A DNA stretch of 64,000 nt, from the NCBI RefSeq assembly GCF_006345805.1, contig NC_043007.1:26970001-27034000 (forward strand), read 5' to 3'. The position numbers and the translations under genes are program-made. The notes beneath the pieces are model-generated. The model saw nothing but the letters and a program-made list of their open reading frames with translations. It made no database searches and was not told the origin of the DNA. Shown here in pieces: positions 56,790 through 64,000 of the stretch. Source of the DNA: Octopus sinensis (lineage: Eukaryota). Position 1 is the first letter of the stretch. Every line of letters begins with the position of its first letter.

Positions 56790-57150
56790 TTTCCGGTTCA
56801 ATCCTGCTGCGCGGCTCATTCGGCAAATGTCATTAGCTGTAGCGTTGTGCCGACCAATGACTTCTAAATGAATTTAGTTGACGGAAACTTTAGAGAACCT
56901 CGTCGTATACATATGTGTGCGTCTATGTCTGTAGGCATGTCTGTGTTTGTTTTGCGCCTGTGTTTCTCAGGCTCACCATCGCTTGATAACCGGTGTTGGT
57001 CTATTTATGTTATTGTAACCTAGCATTTCGGCAAAAGAGACCGATAGGTACCACACTTACTGTTAAGTCCTGGATCAGTTTTTTTAGCTAAGTGTTTTCA
57101 AATCAGTTACCCAACATAACCGCAGTCCATATGATTAAAACAGATGAAAG
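56790..57150 (+). mobile_element. Old SINE family B copy
   Basis: Degenerate but colinear with 33588-33953 (GACGGAAACT...CATCGCTTGATAACCG...GGCAAAAGAGACCGATAG). Confidence 0.6.
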
Positions 57151-57577
57151 ATATAAGCATCCAGGTAAACATTGTTTGCGAGGCTATTGTAATGTAAGCA
57201 AGAAATAAAGAAATGTCCTGTGCATTGTCTACACTTCTTCAAACGTATTTCCCTTACTATCAATTCTTGATGAGAACCTAAAGAAAGTATATTTAGCGAG
57301 TGTTTCACAAAGTAGACCTACCTGCCAAATCCCGTTCAATAACATTCAGTTATTTTAAGAGGCAACTATGGATAATTAATTACTTATTTAGCTGTTAGAA
57401 TTAGGAACATGATTCATCGAAGGTCGGCTCCGAACGGGTTTCTCTGGGGGTGAAGACTACATATACAGTGATAGCTTTTTTCAATATGGGGTCTTCGTAC
57501 AGTATATCCGTACAGTATATCCGCCATGTCCGTGAGACTATGTTGATACTGGATTTATTTCAGTATATCTTCACTTC

Positions 57578-57784
<207 letters not shown>

Positions 57785-57837
57785 CAGCTGATTGGTCTAT
57801 GTGTGTGTGTGTATGTATGTATAATATATATATATAT

Positions 57838-57890
<53 letters not shown>

Positions 57891-57924
57891 AATATATTAC
57901 ACACATATATACATATATATACAC

Positions 57925-58125
57925 ACTTCGAGTGTCACACTCACACTTGAAATAGCCTTCAGTTATGATGTTGAGTTTGTGTGAAAGAGTGGTGCCGTTT
58001 ATACGTAATCTGTTTGTGAAGGAGTATGTTTTATGCAGTATACATATATGTGTATATAAGGCGCCACTCTTTCACACAAACTCAACATCTTAAATGAAGA
58101 CTATTTCAAGTGTGACACTCGAAGT
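57925..58125. repeat. Inverted repeat (MITE- or fold-back-like), arms ~66-72 bp
   Basis: 57925-57996 pairs with 58060-58125. The left arm has a 6-bp TCACAC duplication; the spacer is 63 bp. Confidence 0.8.
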
Positions 58126-58239
58126 AATACAAGAGTTGTGTTTACATTTCCCTAACAGTCTTGAGATTCCTAGCGGATTATTGCTTCTTGACCCCTTCAT
58201 TTCACTAGCAAAATAACGCTTGTTTTAGTAGTAGCTTGA

Positions 58240-58376
58240 GAGAATGATGAAAAGTGGCTTTACTGCTGCAGTAATTTTGTGAATCTGGGAGGGGAATATG
58301 TGGAATGACCTCGTAGTTAACTGACCCTTCTGTATTTTCTTTTGCCCAAAGCCAAGAACTTTTCAGCACCACTTCG
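58240..58376 (+). mobile_element. Mariner 3' end with right TIR
   Basis: ...NFVNLGGEYVE*, then AGCCAAGAACTTTTCAGCACCACTTCG|TA, the reverse of a TA|CGA.GTGGTGCTGAAAAGTTC-type TIR. Confidence 0.7.
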
Positions 58377-59186
58377 TATTTAAACACACATATATACGTA
58401 AAGATACATATACACAGAAAAAAGGAGACAGAATGTGAGAGAGGGATGGAGAGAAAGAAATAGAGAGAGAATGAGAGAAAGAGGGCAGAGAAGCAAAGAA
58501 AACTATGTATATTGGAACAACGGTTCATTATGTTGAGTAAATATCTTCCTATTTCTAATTTATTTCGATAATTATTTGTCCATGCTGCCGTTTCATCGGG
58601 TTAAAATTTTTCGATATACATCTAGATTCCGTTTTCCACTTTTCGTCGACAAATACTGTCAAATCTCCCTCTTTTCCCGTGAATATTTACTTATTCTACA
58701 ACTTCTTCTCTTTTCATTATTCCAGAACGTTCCTGTATATTTCTCATTCAATTCTTCTGCTCTGTTCAGTAAATATCCGCCATGTTGCATTCGGAAAGCT
58801 GCCTTCCCAGCATTACCATTTTGACATATTTCAGTTCGTTTCGCCAGGAGCAATCACATCGTGACTTAAAGAAATGTAAATAAATCTGAAGACGGGTTCC
58901 TTGGGATTTCCTGGTGAAGCCTGCTCAAGATCTCTAAATATGCTTGAATTGGCAGCGAAATCTGCACCAAAATACATCGACTATCGTAAATAAAAAAAAC
59001 TACTAACACGTTAACTAATGTGATTTCGGTTATCGTTTGTTCTAAGACGTATGGCCGTGGCTAGAACGCCTTTGATGATAGTTTGCGATCATTTTTTTCA
59101 ACCAACACTTCAATTTATGATCAGCTTGATCACGTGATTATCTCTTGATGAAGCCTCGAAATATAACTCTCGTTACTAACAACGGT

Positions 59187-59497
59187 GTGGAGGCGCAATG
59201 GCGCAGTGGTTAGGGCAGCGGACTCGCGGTCGGAGGATCTCGGTTTCGATTCCAAGACCGAGCATTGTGTGTGTTTATTGAGCAAAAACACCTAAAGCTC
59301 CACGAGGCTCATGCAGGGGGTGGTGCCGACCCCTTTTGTACACTTTCGCCCCAAATTCTCTCACACTTTCTTCATGTTCCTTGGGTAAAGCTGCGATGTA
59401 CTGGCGTTCCGTCCAGCTGAAGGGAACATATACGCCACAGAAACCGGGAAACCGGGCCCATGTGCCTGGTTAGGCTTGAAAAGGGCCCATAAAGAAA
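59187..59497 (+). mobile_element. Full-length tRNA-derived SINE with V-domain-like core and probable 13-bp TSD
   Basis: A box TGGCGCAGTGG and B box GGTTTCGATTCC; GCTGCGATGTACTGGCGTTCCGTCCAG. TSD TACTAACAACGGT (59174-59186) / TACTAACAGCAGT (59498-59510). Confidence 0.8.
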
Positions 59498-60267
59498 TAC
59501 TAACAGCAGTAACCTGCCAATAGTTTTAGTCGACTCTGACGCGTCAATGGAGTCAAAGTAATAGGCGCTTCGGTATTTAGGTGTACACAGTTAGGGTTAA
59601 AATGGGACTAAATCCATACAACAGATATTTTATTATTTACTATTTACGCGATCATAAATTGCCCTTGGGCTCCACAGAAATCAGTTCCTTTTGGTTGGTG
59701 AATAAACTCATAACTATGTTATAACATCTGATATCAGCCGTGACTATTCCCTTCTGTCCTTTTTACATATCGTAATAATTATCGAACCGAGTAATAAATA
59801 GTAAAAAGGCAAAAATCTAGTGTTTCCTATGGTTTGGAAATTCTCAAGATATCAATTATAGTAGTAATAACTAAACTATCAATTCACATCATATAAAAAA
59901 CCTTTCCATAAATTCTCGGATATGAGCTATGCCCTGTTAATATTCTGAAATTCAATTCACTTTTGCGAACAATTATTAGATGTTTAGACAAATCTCATAT
60001 GTTAAAATCGACAAATCATTCGAGTAATTAAGTTGAAAATATCTGCTTCACATTACAAGTGAATAGCTTGACTCGAATCCCGGAGAAAGATTGCCAAAGA
60101 TTTCATACACGCCTCCTGATAGCATGAGTATTATTGGCTTATTGGAGTTACTCTTCAGACAGCTAAAATACACGAACGCGCATGCGCCTACACGTATTTA
60201 GGCATGTGCATATATAAGTATACAAATACATATGTGGACATGCACAATATATAGGTATATGGGTGTG

Positions 60268-60299
<32 letters not shown>

Positions 60300-60320
60300 T
60301 ACATATATATATATATACAT

Positions 60321-60366
<46 letters not shown>

Positions 60367-61164
60367 GCATAAATAAAGGTACATATATATATATATACAC
60401 TTGCGTCAGAAATTAATTAGCACTTCTCAAATTTCTACATTAAATAGGTTAAATCAATTAACCTATGAGCTGTTCAAAACGTCTTACGCGATGAGAAAAC
60501 TTAGTATGGTGTGATTTCGGTCCTTGCGAGGCGCTACCTATATCTATTAAACAAAGGAAGATTTGTCTGCATCCGCACTCCAAGTTGTTGTTGCACTGCT
60601 ATGTCAACATCATAAGGCTGTAGACTCTCAAACTGCTCTGCAAACAAAGTTACGTCATCGTTCTTCGCAACAGTGAACTCGCAACAAAGCAATAGTTCGA
60701 TATATGGCCACTAGGTGACAGCACATACCTTGAGTGAAGAGCAAATCAAGGGTGCTACTTAATTTCTGACGGTAGTGTATATATGTATGTATGTAAAAAA
60801 AATATATATATATACATGCAATGAATATATAAATACGTGTATATGTCAAAACTACACCAGCGTTCTTTCATACATGCGTGCGCACGTATTTGCATACATG
60901 CACATACACACAAAACTCTTAGTAGTTCAGTAGGTGCATTTTAGGTCACATGATTGAAGTATAGCTCACTACATGTTGTTTTTTTTCATACCACATGGTT
61001 ATTTATTTACATTATTTACATTATTTACATTTGACGGATATTTGTCCTCATCTTGTTTATTGTTAACACCTTTCGGCTGATATAACCTCCAGCCTTCATA
61101 TGACGAAGTGATTACAAGCGCGGGCCACAAACCCAAAGATTCCGAGTTCGATTCCAGGCAGTGA

Positions 61165-61248
<84 letters not shown>

Positions 61249-61301
61249 CAACATCGAAAAATTCCTTAGGTATGAGAGCCCAGTTTCGAAATTTCTCCAA
61301 G

Positions 61302-61345
61302 ACACCTGATGAAAGCTAGAGGGTATAACAGCCGAAACGTTGTGT
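61302..61345 (+). ncRNA. Minimal hammerhead motif (unit 1), helix II partly decayed
   Basis: ACAC-CUGAUGA-A-AGCUA...CAGCC-GAA-ACGU-U^GUGU. The inverted upstream copy retains GGCUG/CAGCC. Confidence 0.65.
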
Positions 61346-61484
61346 TAACAACGAACAAGATGAGGACAAATATCCGTCAAATGTAAATAATGTAAATAAT
61401 GTATATAATTCTTCATCTCTTAAATAGAGAACTGTCTCGAAACATTCAAAAGGAATGAGAACCCATGTTTGAAATTTCCCCATG

Positions 61485-61528
61485 AAACCTGATGAAAGCT
61501 GGAGGGTATATCAGGCGAAACGTTGTGT
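61485..61528 (+). ncRNA. Minimal hammerhead motif (unit 2), helices I and II partly decayed
   Basis: AAAC-CUGAUGA-A-AGCUG-GAGGGUAUAU-CAGGC-GAA-ACGU-U^GUGU. Confidence 0.55.
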
Positions 61529-61780
61529 TAACAACAAACAAGATGAGGACAAATATCCGTCGAATGTAAATAATGTAAATAATGTACGTAATTTCTCATT
61601 GCTTAAATGTGGAACTGCACATGGTTATTAGAAGTAGTTATAAAACGTAAGAAATAACTCGGAGTTGGGATACGAAGAAACGAAACGGTAGGAACAAATC
61701 TCCGCTACCCCATATGAACAATTATTTTCACCGCTTTGTATTACTTGCCTGACAGACAATACATACACACATATTCACAC

Positions 61781-62191
61781 TCTTTACTCTTTTACTCTTT
61801 TACTTGTTTCAGTCATTTGACTGCGGCCATGCTGGAGCACCACCTTTAATCGAGCAATTCGACCCCGGGACTTATACTTTTGTAAGCCCAGTACTTATTC
61901 TATCGCTCTCTTTTGCCGAACCGCTAAGTAACGGGGACATAAACACACCAGCATCGGTTGTCAAGCAATGCTAGGGGGACAAACATAGACACACAAACAC
62001 ATACACGCATATTTATATATATACATATATACGACGAGCTTCTTTCAGTTTCCGTCTAACAAATCCACTCACAAGGCATTGGTCGGCCCGAGGCTATAGT
62101 AGAAGACACTTGCCCAAGGTGCCACGCAGTGGGACTGAACCCGGAACCATGTAGTTGGTAAACAAGCTACTTACCACATAGCCACTCCTGC
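61781..62191 (-). mobile_element. SINE family B, full length, ~40-bp linker
   Basis: Complete head, CORE-like start, TA/TG linker at about 61991-62031, 3' half and (AAAAGAGT)n tail. Confidence 0.9.
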
Positions 62192-62739
62192 AAAATTATT
62201 TTATTAAAAACATGAGAAGGAAATATTGTTATAGTACAGCTGACTTGTTTTGAATTGCTCGTGGTTCAAACCTATCCTTTTATGGAAATTGTTTTTTTCT
62301 TTATTCAAATTTGGCTTCAGGGATACCAGCCTTATTAGATTTGTCAAATAGCTGAACGGCAGTTTAAGAAATGAAAAATTTCAATAAACACGGTTTATGT
62401 TTTTTTTCAAAAAAAATGAGAACAAACTAAACACGCAAATTCACAAATACTGATTGATATTATATCGGCCAAATCGGTGTTTGAGCGTTCCTCCGTCTTC
62501 CCTTCATTTTGACTTTCCTCTATTTCTGAAGAAGACGTTTGCTCGAAACGCTAAATCGTCTTTCTTTCCTGAGCGTCTAAAATACACTACTTGTACCACG
62601 TCCTCGGGTTGCTGGTTTTTCCAGTTTGTGTTTCCCTGTTTAGATTCTCTCTCTATATATATATATACATGTGTGTGTGTGTGTGTGGTGTGTGTGTGTG
62701 TGTTGTGTGTGTTTGTGTGTTTGTGTGTGTGTGTGTGTA

Positions 62740-62790
<51 letters not shown>

Positions 62791-62949
62791 TATGTATATA
62801 TATTTATATAGTCAGTTTGGGGATATAATGTCCTCTTTAGGGATTAGGAAGTCCAGATATCAACTGGTATTATCAAGGTTTTATTGGGAGAATTGTCTCA
62901 ATATATAGGGATAAACAGTTTAATATGCATTTATTAATATAAGAATATG

Positions 62950-63125
62950 TGTGTGTGTGTCTTTGGGTCTCTGTTTGTTCTCCACCACCATCGCTTGACA
63001 ACTGATGTCGGTGTCTTTATCACCCGATAACTTAGCAGTTCGGCAAAAGAAGAGATAGAATGAGTAATGGTGGTGCTCCAGCATGACCACAATCAAATGA
63101 CTGAAACATGCAAAAGAATAAATGA
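62950..63125 (+). mobile_element. SINE family B 3' half
   Basis: CATCGCTTGACAACTGATG...CTTAGCAGTTCGGCAAAAG...GTGCTCCAGCATGACC. Confidence 0.7.
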
Positions 63126-63133
63126 ATAACAGA

Positions 63134-63164
<31 letters not shown>

Positions 63165-63816
63165 CATGATACATATATAATATATATATGTATATATTTA
63201 TGTGTATGTGTGTACGTTTGTGTGTCTGTGTCTGTGTCTGTGTATATACATACATGTAAGCATACATATGTAGGTTCGTATTTATTTATATATGAAAACT
63301 ATTTCAAAAGCTAGGGTTAACTTATTATTTATTTATATACAAATATAAAAAGATGTCAACTTTTTCTAAGGAAACGACAGACTACGGTTTATCTTTATTT
63401 TTGGAGTTGTTGTCTAGCGTTAAAGATTGATCTCCACTAATCAAAAAGTATAAGATAAGCAATATGCTAACGTTTTCTTAGGTGAATCCAGAGTTTTGCA
63501 TATCGGTATTTAAGTAATTTTGGAAAGAAAAAATAACCCATCCTCCGACTGATCTTTCTAGCGTTATCAATATATTTTACTGTAAACTTCCAAGAATTTT
63601 TGGAATTCATACATACATACATTCATACATACATACATACATACATACATACATACATCATACATACATACATGCATACATACATACCGAAACCGTAATG
63701 ATATCTGTGGGGCAGCTGATGATGGGGGTATGCTGGATTGTTGGTATGGCTATTTTCGTGCATGTGGAAGGCTATTATAACTTTTCCTTTGCTACATACA
63801 TGCATACATATATGTG

Positions 63817-63855
<39 letters not shown>

Positions 63856-64000
63856 TAATATTATATATATAGATATATATATATTAAGAAAATAGTAAAG
63901 TGTGAAAAAACGACAGAAGGCTTAAATGTTAAAAAATATATATATTTGTGTCAAAATATATATATATGAAATAGAAATCTTACATTTCTAGATATAAGCA

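Larger units (their letters stand above)
61004..61617 (+). mobile_element. Composite: inverted tail copy + tRNA-like head + (AAT)n + two 183-bp hammerhead-bearing units
   Basis: Inverted copy 61004-61099; A-box-like TGACGAAGTGA at 61101-61111; B box GTTCGATTCC at 61146-61155; (AAT)n 61169-61244; units start at 61254 and 61437. Confidence 0.75.

Overview
A 64-kb AT-rich, repeat-saturated animal genomic window. I infer an octopod cephalopod (Octopus-like) from the SINE and microsatellite landscape; this is not proven. I find no supportable host protein-coding gene, RNA gene or CRISPR array. Almost every listed ORF is a translation of a simple repeat. The recognisable content is: (i) dozens of tRNA-derived SINE copies and fragments from at least four families; (ii) 5'-truncated R4/Dong-type LINE ends and a probable RTE end; (iii) decayed Tc1/mariner transposase fragments; (iv) two non-autonomous Helitrons; (v) a near-identical 1371-bp tandem duplication that may be an assembly artefact; (vi) a 100-N gap; and (vii) very dense microsatellites. 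The most interesting signal is a set of minimal type I hammerhead-ribozyme (HHR) motifs with self-complementary helix III, the form known from Penelope-like element (PLE) pseudo-LTRs. Two have intact catalytic cores (29745-29827 and 32717-32759, both minus strand). Others are degenerate or partial, and two sit in fold-back palindromes. At 61004-61617 a tRNA-like Pol III head is joined through (AAT)n to two 183-bp HHR-bearing units, with an inverted copy of the tail upstream. That architecture suggests a Penelope-mobilised SINE or retrozyme-like element. A 9 x 47-bp minisatellite grown from a SINE central domain is also notable. All family assignments come from motif recognition by eye; no database search was run.
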